The position numbers and the translations under genes are program-made. A DNA stretch of 64,000 nt from an uncultured Acidobacteriota bacterium (GTDB lineage: Bacteria; Acidobacteriota; Blastocatellia; RBC074): the NCBI GenBank assembly GCA_963796275.1, contig CAWCKY010000001.1, positions 672,001-736,000 on the forward strand. The letters are read 5' to 3'. Below, in pieces: positions 28,734-38,494 of this stretch (positions within the stretch are counted from its first letter, which is position 1; each line of letters opens with the position of its first letter). Below the pieces are notes generated by a model. That model did no database searches. It saw only the letters and a list, made by a program, of their open reading frames with translations, and was not told where the DNA came from.

Positions 28734-29648
28734 GTGCCTGAATTTGAGGATCATTTGATACAGGCAACAGCGGCAGATTCGACGATTCGTTTGATCGCAG
28801 CGGTGACGACTAACCTCGTCAACGAGGCGAGCCGGCGGCACAACACTTCCCCGACGGCATCGGCGGCATTGGGACGGACGCTGACCGGCGCATTGTTGTT
28901 CGGCCGGACATTCAAAGACCTCGAATATGTGACAATTCGATTCGAGTGCAAAGGGCCGATCGGCGGGATTGTAGCTGAAGCGAGCGCGCATAACACCGTC
29001 CGCGGATATGTAAAAAACCCGATGGCCGACGCACCACTCAATGGGCGTGGGAAATTGGATGTGAGCGGGATCGTCGGCCAGGGGATGCTCCACGTCATCC
29101 GCGAGGCAGGATTCGAGATCGGTCTGCTGAAAGAGCCGTATTACGGATCCGTTCCGATTGTCTCCGGCGAGATTGCCGAAGACCTGACCTATTACCTGAC
29201 GATTTCTGAACAGATTAATTCGGCGGTTTCACTCGGAGTTTTTGTCGAATCCGAACAAGAGCGGGTGACAGCCGCGGGAGGGTATCTCGTCCAAGTAATG
29301 CCAGGCGCGGAAGAAGATGCTATCCGGGCAATAGAAGTATCACTTTCTTCCGCACCACACGTGACCGGTATGATTCGCGATGGAGACGACGCTGAGGGAT
29401 TGTTGCAGACGGCTCTCGGCGGGATTTCATTAGATGTCCTGGAACGGCATCCGGTTCAGTTCCGGTGTAAGTGTTCTTATGAGCGCGCGGTGAGCATTGT
29501 TACCGCCCTCGGACGAGAAGAAGTTGAGGATATGCTGGTGAAAGATAATGGCGCCGAATTGACCTGTCATTTTTGTAATGAGATTTACTACTTGGATGAT
29601 GCCGCATTACGTGGCATTCTTGAACCGCCCCAATCTCTGGTTATGTAG
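28734..29648 (+). CDS. hslO: Hsp33 redox-regulated chaperone
   Basis: ALGRTLT, GEIAEDL..Y..SEQ, AAGGYLVQVMPG, CKCS..CHFC zinc motif. Confidence 0.95.
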   Translation: MPEFEDHLIQATAADSTIRLIAAVTTNLVNEASRRHNTSPTASAALGRTLTGALLFGRTFKDLEYVTIRFECKGPIGGIVAEASAHNTVRGYVKNPMADAPLNGRGKLDVSGIVGQGMLHVIREAGFEIGLLKEPYYGSVPIVSGEIAEDLTYYLTISEQINSAVSLGVFVESEQERVTAAGGYLVQVMPGAEEDAIRAIEVSLSSAPHVTGMIRDGDDAEGLLQTALGGISLDVLERHPVQFRCKCSYERAVSIVTALGREEVEDMLVKDNGAELTCHFCNEIYYLDDAALRGILEPPQSLVM

Positions 29649-29881
29649 TTTTGTCTAATAATCCCCCTCACGTTTCTCACAAAATTGAACCAGGACTTTC
29701 TAAATACGATCACTGTCGCACAATGGCGACCGAGGTGTTTTTCGAAAACTGGCAGAGAGAATGAGCGAAATGTGAGATTCAAGGGAAATTGATTTCAACA
29801 TGAACTGCGCCATAGCGGCGTGTTTTTGTGGTGAGATTCACTTCATTGGTAGACCGATAACTGAAATAAATAGGAGGCACT

Positions 29882-30523
29882 ATGAACATCAAATCAAAGA
29901 TAAAAGGTAGCATTAAACTTATCTTTCCCATATGTCTGATCGTTTTAGGTACGATCAACGTATTCGCGCAACAGAATGAAGTTGGCTTCTTGTTGGGTGC
30001 TAATGACACCCAGAGTCGAGATTTCGCACCGCCATCAATCGGAAGCTTTCGGCCGGGCGATGGCCTGTCATTCCAGATCGCATACGGGCGACGATTTACC
30101 GATGCGAAACTGGCGTCGATGCATTTTGAGGTTGTTTTTGCGGCAACCCCCAACACCGACATCAATTCCTCGAATGTCGCCCTGCCGCGCAGCTATTCTT
30201 CGCTATTTCTGACGCCGGGACTGAAATTTAAGCTTTTACCGGGATTCTTCATCAGCCCTTACGTTGCGGCGGGAGCGGGTTATGCCCGATTTAACGTAAG
30301 CGACACGACGATCTCCGGAGGGACTACTTCTATCGTCTCTCGTGGTTCTAACAAGGGAGTTTACAACTACGGCGTCGGTGCTGAGCTTCGTTTCTTCCCA
30401 GGACTGGCCCTGCGTGGGGAAATAAGGAATTTCGTCTCCGGGAGTCCGAACCTAGGTCCCACACTGCTACAGGACACCCGGCGGAACGTCATCTATGGCG
30501 GAGGCCTTGTAGTGAGGTTCTAA
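29882..30523 (+). CDS. Outer membrane beta-barrel protein
   Basis: Signal peptide, SPYVAAGAGY, YNYGVGAE, terminal GLVVRF. Confidence 0.8.
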   Translation: MNIKSKIKGSIKLIFPICLIVLGTINVFAQQNEVGFLLGANDTQSRDFAPPSIGSFRPGDGLSFQIAYGRRFTDAKLASMHFEVVFAATPNTDINSSNVALPRSYSSLFLTPGLKFKLLPGFFISPYVAAGAGYARFNVSDTTISGGTTSIVSRGSNKGVYNYGVGAELRFFPGLALRGEIRNFVSGSPNLGPTLLQDTRRNVIYGGGLVVRF

Positions 30524-30738
30524 ATCAGTTCATTACTTCTTCCGTGTCCCTCTGAAGTTGCCCCAGTTCCCCATCCCCCACCATCACCCGGAACGAGACG
30601 AACAATTAAGTACGGGCACTTGATGCGTGACACGAAAAAGCAAAACCGCCAAGAGTTACCTTATCTGTCTCTTAGCGGCTTTGAGTATGAAACTGCTCTT
30701 TTAATTATTCCTTTGGAGAGGCTGGGTTGTTATTTGCT

Positions 30739-31317
30739 TTAGCGATGATGACGATCGTCATCGTCGTCATCGGCGCTGATTTGACCGCGAACCTCACCAC
30801 CCGGGAACAGGGAAGAATGCACGTTAGCATATGTCACGCCACTGCGTATGGCTTGCAGCAGATCTGCAAATTCTCCGGCACTAACCCCCTGACCTGCTGG
30901 GCCGACGACGTCAGCGGCAGTGACCGTTCCAGTCACCTTCCCTGAGTTCAGACTCGGACCCATACAAAGCGGCGTGCTCGCTACCGGACTCGGATTTGCT
31001 GCTGTCTGACAGAGCCAAACAGAAATGCCGCCATTGACACCCTTTTGGCCCACATGAATATGACCTTGCCTGACCTCTCCCTGTAGATTGTCATAGCTCA
31101 GTTCATATTGGATCGATTTTTCATCTCTCGAGATTGTCGCCTTGAATTCGCCGCTCGCTGGGGTAATTACCGCAGGTGGTTCTTCAATCCCCCTTAGTGT
31201 GGCTCTCAGAAACCTATCCCTACTTCCGTGCGCGACAGCCAGCGCCACAATGCCGGCCACCGCAATTAACGTAACGGCGGACGCAAACACTGTAATCTTC
31301 TTGTACTTCTGCATCAT
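30739..31317 (-). CDS. Secreted CHRD-domain protein
   Basis: LRGIEEPP, GHIHVG, YANVHS..FPGGEVRGQI; RBS GGAGG before MMQKY. Confidence 0.88.
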   Translation of the reverse strand: MMQKYKKITVFASAVTLIAVAGIVALAVAHGSRDRFLRATLRGIEEPPAVITPASGEFKATISRDEKSIQYELSYDNLQGEVRQGHIHVGQKGVNGGISVWLCQTAANPSPVASTPLCMGPSLNSGKVTGTVTAADVVGPAGQGVSAGEFADLLQAIRSGVTYANVHSSLFPGGEVRGQISADDDDDDRHHR

Positions 31318-31415
31318 CCTGGTTCCTCCTAATTTTTTTCTGGTTTGAATATTGGTTGATTGAGACGGTTTAAGCAATGTCTCTTGTGCTATTACGAGAA
31401 TAATCTGCAACCCAG

Positions 31416-31435
31416 TTCTCCGGATATCCGGAGAA
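31416..31435. promoter_or_regulatory. Perfect 20-bp palindrome, candidate regulator binding site
   Basis: TTCTCCGGATATCCGGAGAA about 100 bp upstream of the CHRD gene. Confidence 0.55.
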
Positions 31436-31823
31436 AGAATTGCAAATGTCGATTTTAGAACGGTTACCCGTCAAATCGATTGAATTAGGGAGGGATTTAA
31501 CTGGCGACTTTCAGTAATCCCGAGTTAGAAATTGGAGAATTAACCACGGGGGCATTGAGAAGAATCAGAGCCTGGATATGCCTGATTATTAAATTAGCAT
31601 TTTGATCTCCAAGGGTCAAAGGTCGAATGTTCCCATGGTCGCGCTTCCAACCTAAGAGCCTAAATCAGTCAATTTCTGTTCCACTCACGGGTCACACGGA
31701 ACTCAAAGCTGATACAGTATTTAACTAAAATTGCCGAGCTGGCTCGCTCACGAGTGACACTATTTGTTTCAGCACTTGAGACAGAAAGCGGAACAAAAAA
31801 TTTTTTAGAAAAAGGAGACCTAT

Positions 31824-32489
31824 CTACCGGGGATTGAATGCTTCGACAAACACGCTTTCCGGCGCGCGTTCAGCGAGGTCGAGGTCACCCGGGTTCGGTA
31901 TTATCGTCTCCCCAGCATTTAGCACCCTCGGATCACAAAACCCAGACTTCAAGAGTAGACGGCATAGAGATTCGCCGTCATACATCCAAAGGTGGTGTCT
32001 TTCACCGATCAATAGGGTTTTCGATTTCTCAATCAACCCTCCGTGCCTGGGGCGAGCGATTTGAAGGTTTTCGACGAACACATCGCCATTCTGATCTTTC
32101 ATGTAATTATATATGTGGAATCTGAGGTCAGGGACGGCGATCCTGATGATCCCGTTTTGCACGAGCACCCGCCGCACCTCTTTGAGAAAAAGCGCGGCTT
32201 CACCCCGGTCAAGGTGTTCGAGCATATGACAGGTATAGAGGACCTCAACCGAATGGTCCGGCTCGGGAATCCTTTTCACTGCGTTGGCGTATCTGATCTC
32301 CTTTTGCTTAACGATATAGATGAATTGTTTCTGTTGTTCAGATAACAATCCGAATCTTTCCAATAGCGATGTAAGTACCGGCCAGTCGGCCAGTCGAATA
32401 CTGATCGAATTGTCATAGTTCACCCAGCCGGGAGTCGGCGTTGCGCCACATCCAATGTTGAGTCGCCTTAGATTTGTACTCGTCTCCAT
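31824..32489 (-). CDS. Class I SAM-dependent methyltransferase domain protein
   Basis: LNIGCG, HMLEHL, VRRVL..G.IRIAVPD; start taken at METSTN. Confidence 0.85.
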   Translation of the reverse strand: METSTNLRRLNIGCGATPTPGWVNYDNSISIRLADWPVLTSLLERFGLLSEQQKQFIYIVKQKEIRYANAVKRIPEPDHSVEVLYTCHMLEHLDRGEAALFLKEVRRVLVQNGIIRIAVPDLRFHIYNYMKDQNGDVFVENLQIARPRHGGLIEKSKTLLIGERHHLWMYDGESLCRLLLKSGFCDPRVLNAGETIIPNPGDLDLAERAPESVFVEAFNPR

Positions 32490-32646
32490 CGCCTTAACCC
32501 TTGCTCCATTCCGGTTTGAAGAATCAACCACGGATCCCGGAGAGTACGGGAATAAAAGTGGAAAAGAAGAGAGCGAAAGCAAAGCATACACGAGCAATTT
32601 TCTTCCCCGTGATCCGGGTCCCGGGATCCATTCTTCAAGGCCCAAT

Positions 32647-35600
32647 TTATCGAATCATCAACCCTATGCTCGCAGTCTCTCCACTTATTGTATCGGTCAC
32701 CTCTACTCGCCATGATCCCGGTGAATCGTTGAGCGCTGTTCTGAAACTGATGCTGCCCGTTCCACCGGTAATCTCCTGATTGCCGCCGTAATAACGCATT
32801 TCCCGGCCCGCCGGATCAACGACCCTCACTTTGGCAACCGAGCGCAATTGAGGTGATGATGCAATGCGAAATTGCAGTTTTACGACATCGCCCAGACGCG
32901 CCCGCGCATCGGCCTGTAACTCCATTCCGCCGATGCGGTCCTCCACCAGCGCGAATAACCTGGGCATGCCCGGCTCGATCTCGATTTCAAAATCCGAGCC
33001 TGAGCCAAGATGGCGTCTCTGCCGAACGTCGTAAAGAACACCGCTGCGCTCGAAAACTATTCGCACCTTCTGTTTTGCGACCGGTGCAACTTGGGCAATC
33101 GGGGCAACCGGGGCAACCATCGCTTTGTCGGGCACTAGTCCGAGCAAGAGCGTTGAGCCGAAATTGAAGGTGTAGCTCTCGCAGTCGACGACGCGTTTGC
33201 CGGCAGGCGTTTTCAACTCGACCGTTGGATTGATCCCTGCTGTAGCCAGAAGCCGCTTCATCTTTTCCAATGCCGGCTCCTGCCGTTTCTCGAGCCTCTC
33301 ATCGGAATAACGGTCCAAAAAGTAGTTCAACAGGTAAGCGCGGCCGTTGCCGAAGCGGTTTTCGATCAACGATAGCCGGCCTTCCTCGGAGAGCATCGCC
33401 TTTGCGCCAGCAAGCTGCAGGCCGGGTTCGCCCTTCATAGCCACAATAGCTTCGCGATCGTATGTCGCGGGAGCGATCCCGAAGAGATCGGCGAGCGCAC
33501 GTTCGTGGCGGAATTGACAATGTTCATCCATCACCCCCGGGAGAGCGTCGGCGATGACCGTTCCGCCCTGACTCGCGAATTCGCGAATGGCAGCCGCCTC
33601 TTTGTCGCTGAGCGCAACACTCATAGGCAAAATGAATGTGCGATAGCCTTTGGCAATCAGATCGCCCTTTTCGACGTCGCTATAGGCGATGAAATCGAAT
33701 TGCAATCCCGAATCGCGTAAAATCCTGACCCATCCGTCGCGGTTGGCGTTGAACCGGCGATGCGTGGCGCTCGGCGAATCGTAGACGACGCGATCCTCGA
33801 TTTTTCCGTCTACAATCCACGAACCATGGATGCTCGGATAAGAGTAATGGATGGCAATGCGGTTATTTTCCGGGATGCCAGAGGCCACGAGCTTGCCGAT
33901 CCCTTCGCCGCGCAATTCACGGAATCCTTCGGCGATATCTTTCCCGCTCTGAGAGAGTGTTAAATCAGGATCGAGCGTGGAATATTGCCAGAAGACATAA
34001 GCTCCGCCGTTCGCTCCTTTGAAGAGATTGCGGTAAAAGTCATAAATCACATTCGGGCCAAGCGCCCCATAGCCGGCGCCGCTCGAGATTTTTACTTCGG
34101 GATTAAAGTTGCGATGGAAGTCGAACTGGTTGCCGCCGTCGTAAGAATTGATGTGATGCGTGAATTGATTGATGCGGCTGTAATCGCAGCCGTTGTGCGG
34201 CGCCGACTCCTGTGTCCCGGAGTTGAGGAGTATCCCCTGAGCGTCCAACTTGCGCAATTCCCCGAGCACGAACTCGAAGGAATCGGCGTAGCTCTTCTCC
34301 ATAAAGGTGCGATGGTCGGCCCACGAAGCATAATTGCCGCGCCGCTGAGCTTCGTAAGTGTCATCCGGGATGACTTCTTCCCAATTCCCGAAGCTCGTAC
34401 CCCACTTGCGGTTCAACCCTTCGAGGGATTTATAGCCTGTTTTCAGCCAGGCGCGCATGGCGCGCATGCAATAATCAGAGAAGCAGAGATCGAGATCATC
34501 GACGTAACAGGTGAGCGAAGGCTCTTCATAAACATAGTAGGAAAGCGGGGAGAACGGCGCCCAAGGCTCGACGAGCTGCTTCATTTCCCTGCGAATCAGG
34601 TCGCGATAAGACGGATCGTTGAGGCAGTATTCGCGTACGAGCAACCGTTTATCGCGCGTCTCGGCGTAGCGTTTCTTCATCTTCGAGTAGTAATCGCGCT
34701 TCGGTCCGTCGGGCGATTCCTGGCCGCTGATGCGCGTCTGTGCCTGAATGTTATAGTTGGCGTGCTTGCTGTGGCTGAGCGTATAGGCCGAAAGCGTCGT
34801 GATATGGAGCCGCCTCATCTGCTCGTCGATCGCAGGCCAGATGCCGGGAATCGGGTCCTTATCGAAGCGATACATGACGATGTCGTAATCGTCCCAATGG
34901 CGAGGTTGTAAAACAAAGAGCTCCTCGATGCGACGGTCCTGACGCAATCCACCCGCCGCCACCTCGCAATCGATGCGGGCGAGGTGCGTCAGCGCTCCTG
35001 CGGAACTGAAACTGATCGTTTGCTCTCCCGGCGCTCTGGTGGAAAAGCGGCGGATGTCGATCAACCGGTCGTAGTTGTCGAATAATCGCGCCGTTACCGT
35101 GCAATCGACCATCAGCGGGGATTCCAGACTTAATCGGGCATTGACGCTCTCGCCCAATTTGACGCGATCGCTTTCAAGGGCGAGCTCGCGGATCGATACT
35201 TGGGCTGGAACTTCAAAGACCAGTGTCCCCCAATCAATAGTCCCTCCTTTCCCGTTCAATTTTACTTCTGCAAAATGGCGGCCGCCCGTGAGCGGTTGAG
35301 AGATAGTCAAATCGATTCTCTTTGACCCGCCCGCGATTGAATACGAAACCGTCGCTTCGATTTCACCGAAGCTATTGTGGATCGTCGCAGCAAGTTCAGC
35401 CATTGCGGGCGCTTCCTCGATCGTAACAGAGAGCGCATTCCCAGACCATCGCAGTTCGCCTATCGCCGATTGCGGCTCCCGCTTCGCCGCCCACACCACC
35501 GCACGCGCGACCAGCGACCAGAGATATTCTTGATAAGGATAATGGAGGGACGCTTGTCCCGTTTGCCCGGATTGCCACGTATGCCCCGTCTCGAATACAT

Positions 35601-37137
35601 TTTCGACTTCGGGGATCATCCCGCGCTCGCTGTAGCCGAATGCCACGATGCGGCCTTTACCGAGGGTTCCGACTGCCAGCACAGGGGTGCCGGCCGATGT
35701 TTCGAGCAACACTTCTCCGGCGGCCTTCCATGGCGGATTACTGGGCACTTTGAGATGTCCCCAGGGAAATGCCTCAAATGGTATCCCGCGTGTAATGTAG
35801 TGAGCGGTCTTTGCTCTCCACGATGTTTTATCAAACGCGGTCCGGCCTTTGCCGCTTTCGCTCTCGGCGACTCGGGAAATAGGCGAGCGCAAGTCGTCGC
35901 TATCTTTGTTCAAGGGATAGAAGAGCACCAGCCCCGCACCGGCCTCGACGCGACGGCGAATCTCGGCGCGAACCTCCGCGGGATAGCTCTCCCAGGGATG
36001 AAGACCGGGCCAGAGGATACAATCGTACTCCGGTCCATTGAGCAGATCATCGGCGATGTACGCGTGGGCCAGACTGTAGGGATGTTCCCAGAATTCACCG
36101 CCGGCTCCGCGATGCTCGTAAAAATCGCCGAAACCCCATTTATTGGTGCCGGGACTGCGGCCAATGGATGTGGCTTTGAAATCGAGATCGAGACGCTGCG
36201 CGAGTTCGATGATTCCCCGCCCATCGGGGACATCGGCGATTGCGTAGGCCCTGATTCGGCCGTTGGCGAAGGGCCGAGCCCACGCTTTGTGTGGCGTGAC
36301 GATAGACCTCGAATAGTCGATATCCCACCGCCCCCGCTCCTGCAGCACTGGATGAAATCGGTCGAGCGCGTAATAGTCCAGATAGAACGTCCCACCACGC
36401 GCTGATTCGAGTGTCAGCGCGCGCATCTCGCGCAAATCTATATCACGCGTTCTGGAGAGAGGTAGTTGCAGGTGATTGACACCTGTTCGCAGCGGGAAGG
36501 TTTGAACAAATCGCCCGCCATGGGCATCCCGCAGCCAGAGTTTCAACTCGGAAGGCTGCATGCTCCAGACAAAAATCAATAACGATTCTTTTCTTCGCCA
36601 ATCGGTGGGTATTTTCGTGAATTCGAGCTTTCCGCCATTTTGCGGAAAAACGGCTTCGAGAGAGTTGCCACTCCAGGCCGGGAATCGTTGAGAAGCGGCT
36701 ATGTGCACGCCCTCTGAAGCCTTGATTGAAGAGACCTCCTCCTCCTTTTCGAAAGAGGCGATGACCTCTAATTGGGCATAAGCCGTTTTGGTTGGGAAAC
36801 AAAAAATACAAAAAAGTGCAAAAAAGGCGCAAATAACTTGGGCGGTCATTCGGCAGGTAACCGCGGTTTGCAGCATCGATGTCAAAGAGAATTTCGCCGT
36901 TAACTGCAGCAGCGATATCTTTGTGCTTGTTTTGCCTTCTTTTGTCCTATTTGGTTCCAACTTACTTTCAACCTTCGATTCAACCTCTGAGATATCTCCT
37001 GAACCACTCGCCGATTCCCTCAAACCATATCTTCTGTTTAGGTGTGATCTCCAGCAGTTATATAACGGCTTAACGTTCCGCCGGTTTGCGATCGGCGTAG
37101 AGCGCTTTGACTTCCCGCTCAGCAGGATATTTTTCAT
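32647..37137 (-). CDS. Large multidomain glycoside hydrolase (GH42-like barrel plus beta-galactosidase trimerisation domain)
   Basis: YCLNDP, YEEPSL, LNRKWGTSF, WADHRTF, FDFIAY..ILP..GGTVIAD; start ambiguous (ATGA-coupled 37137, or 36876/36849). Confidence 0.75.
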   Translation of the reverse strand: MKNILLSGKSKRSTPIANRRNVKPLYNCWRSHLNRRYGLRESASGSGDISEVESKVESKLEPNRTKEGKTSTKISLLQLTAKFSLTSMLQTAVTCRMTAQVICAFFALFCIFCFPTKTAYAQLEVIASFEKEEEVSSIKASEGVHIAASQRFPAWSGNSLEAVFPQNGGKLEFTKIPTDWRRKESLLIFVWSMQPSELKLWLRDAHGGRFVQTFPLRTGVNHLQLPLSRTRDIDLREMRALTLESARGGTFYLDYYALDRFHPVLQERGRWDIDYSRSIVTPHKAWARPFANGRIRAYAIADVPDGRGIIELAQRLDLDFKATSIGRSPGTNKWGFGDFYEHRGAGGEFWEHPYSLAHAYIADDLLNGPEYDCILWPGLHPWESYPAEVRAEIRRRVEAGAGLVLFYPLNKDSDDLRSPISRVAESESGKGRTAFDKTSWRAKTAHYITRGIPFEAFPWGHLKVPSNPPWKAAGEVLLETSAGTPVLAVGTLGKGRIVAFGYSERGMIPEVENVFETGHTWQSGQTGQASLHYPYQEYLWSLVARAVVWAAKREPQSAIGELRWSGNALSVTIEEAPAMAELAATIHNSFGEIEATVSYSIAGGSKRIDLTISQPLTGGRHFAEVKLNGKGGTIDWGTLVFEVPAQVSIRELALESDRVKLGESVNARLSLESPLMVDCTVTARLFDNYDRLIDIRRFSTRAPGEQTISFSSAGALTHLARIDCEVAAGGLRQDRRIEELFVLQPRHWDDYDIVMYRFDKDPIPGIWPAIDEQMRRLHITTLSAYTLSHSKHANYNIQAQTRISGQESPDGPKRDYYSKMKKRYAETRDKRLLVREYCLNDPSYRDLIRREMKQLVEPWAPFSPLSYYVYEEPSLTCYVDDLDLCFSDYCMRAMRAWLKTGYKSLEGLNRKWGTSFGNWEEVIPDDTYEAQRRGNYASWADHRTFMEKSYADSFEFVLGELRKLDAQGILLNSGTQESAPHNGCDYSRINQFTHHINSYDGGNQFDFHRNFNPEVKISSGAGYGALGPNVIYDFYRNLFKGANGGAYVFWQYSTLDPDLTLSQSGKDIAEGFRELRGEGIGKLVASGIPENNRIAIHYSYPSIHGSWIVDGKIEDRVVYDSPSATHRRFNANRDGWVRILRDSGLQFDFIAYSDVEKGDLIAKGYRTFILPMSVALSDKEAAAIREFASQGGTVIADALPGVMDEHCQFRHERALADLFGIAPATYDREAIVAMKGEPGLQLAGAKAMLSEEGRLSLIENRFGNGRAYLLNYFLDRYSDERLEKRQEPALEKMKRLLATAGINPTVELKTPAGKRVVDCESYTFNFGSTLLLGLVPDKAMVAPVAPIAQVAPVAKQKVRIVFERSGVLYDVRQRRHLGSGSDFEIEIEPGMPRLFALVEDRIGGMELQADARARLGDVVKLQFRIASSPQLRSVAKVRVVDPAGREMRYYGGNQEITGGTGSISFRTALNDSPGSWRVEVTDTISGETASIGLMIR
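36795..36958. repeat. Low-complexity inverted repeat overlapping the 5' end of the glycoside hydrolase
   Basis: 39-bp arms 36795-36833 and 36920-36958, 29/39 complementary without gaps. Confidence 0.7.
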
Positions 37138-38483
37138 CGCAGAATTCTCAGTTTCCTCCGCCACAACAGATAAACGAACCCGAGAGCCATCCACAGCCCG
37201 CCCAGAGCCAGGGCGAGGCGCGAAAGATGCAACCAGATATAAAAGCAAATGGCGAATCCAAGAGCCGGCAATAGAAGATTGGTTATCCAATGCCCTCGCG
37301 TTTTCGGATGCAGCCAGAAATAACGAATGACGCACAGATTGACCGAGATGAATCCGATGAACGCTCCAAAGTTCACCAGCTCAGCCGCCTCGGTGTATCT
37401 TAAAATCAAAGCGCCGATCAGATGAATGCCGCCCATCAGCAGCACGCTGTAGACCGGAGTGCCCAAACGCGGATGAACATAACCGAACAATCCGTAAGGC
37501 AGCAGCCGGTCGCGACCAATTCCGCACAATAAGCGTGACGCGCACGCCTGTCCCGTGATGGCGCTCGCCAACCCCGCTACAACCAGCGCGAACGACAGGA
37601 AATAGAAGAGCGCATCCCCGCCGACCAGGCGGCCGACATCCATAAACGCTGTCTCGATCGGCGAAAACCGGGTGTAGTCGGGCCAGACCATTTGCGCCAG
37701 ATAACTCTGGAGTATGAAAAGTCCGCCCGCGATGAAACAGACCAGAACTGTGGCAACCCCAATGTTGCGGCGTGGATCCCTGGCGTCTTCGGCCAACGTC
37801 GTCACACCATCGAACCCGATGAAGGAGAGGACAGCGAGCGATGTCGCGCCCATCACCTCCGAAAACGAAAATGTCTCCGGATTGAAGAATGGTTTCGCCG
37901 AAAACAGATTGCTCCAGCCCGCTCCGGCGCCTATCCCCGTGCCAGTGCCCAACCATAACGCGCGAATCGCTAACAGCACGAACCATACCAGCGACGCGCC
38001 CATAATCGCGTTCATCAGATAACTCGAGCGTGAAGTCATCTTGATTCCGCGCAGATTGACGGCGGTAATTGCGCCAGCGGTCACAAAGACCCAGAACGCG
38101 TACGGCGCCTCCGGCCATAATTTATTGGCTGTCAGTCCGACGAAGATCACGCTCAGCATCGGTATCAAAATGTAATCGAGCGTCATCGCCCAACCGGCGA
38201 GAAAACCTGCCACGGGATGCAAGGCCTCGGTCGCATATACGTAGGTCGATCCAGCCTGAGGATATGCCGCAGCCATACGCCCATAGCTGAGCGCCGTGAA
38301 GCTCATAGCGATCAGGGCGATCAGATAGACCAGCGGTAAATGGCCGTGTGATTTGACCGTGGCGATGCCGAACATCGAATAAGGGGCGGTCGGCCCGACA
38401 AATGCTATGCCGAATAGTACGAGATCGCGTAGCGAAAGCACTCGCTTGAAACCGCCCTCAGACACGTTCTGTTCTGTAATCAC
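37134..38483 (-). CDS. APC family amino acid/polyamine permease
   Basis: KRVLSLRDLVLFG, SYGRM..YPQAGSTYVY, GWAMTLDY, SFIGFDGVTTLAED; GTG start inferred. Confidence 0.9.
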   Translation of the reverse strand: MITEQNVSEGGFKRVLSLRDLVLFGIAFVGPTAPYSMFGIATVKSHGHLPLVYLIALIAMSFTALSYGRMAAAYPQAGSTYVYATEALHPVAGFLAGWAMTLDYILIPMLSVIFVGLTANKLWPEAPYAFWVFVTAGAITAVNLRGIKMTSRSSYLMNAIMGASLVWFVLLAIRALWLGTGTGIGAGAGWSNLFSAKPFFNPETFSFSEVMGATSLAVLSFIGFDGVTTLAEDARDPRRNIGVATVLVCFIAGGLFILQSYLAQMVWPDYTRFSPIETAFMDVGRLVGGDALFYFLSFALVVAGLASAITGQACASRLLCGIGRDRLLPYGLFGYVHPRLGTPVYSVLLMGGIHLIGALILRYTEAAELVNFGAFIGFISVNLCVIRYFWLHPKTRGHWITNLLLPALGFAICFYIWLHLSRLALALGGLWMALGFVYLLWRRKLRILR

Positions 38484-38494
38484 GGGGCAATAAA

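Noticed and set aside
33985-36405. Long plus-strand ORFs of 308 and 342 aa
   Set aside because: Antisense shadows of the GC-rich glycoside hydrolase gene; no recognisable motifs.
37138-37335. Extension of the glycoside hydrolase ORF to 37335
   Set aside because: Overlaps the APC permease C-terminus in another frame; a start at or below 37137 is more plausible.
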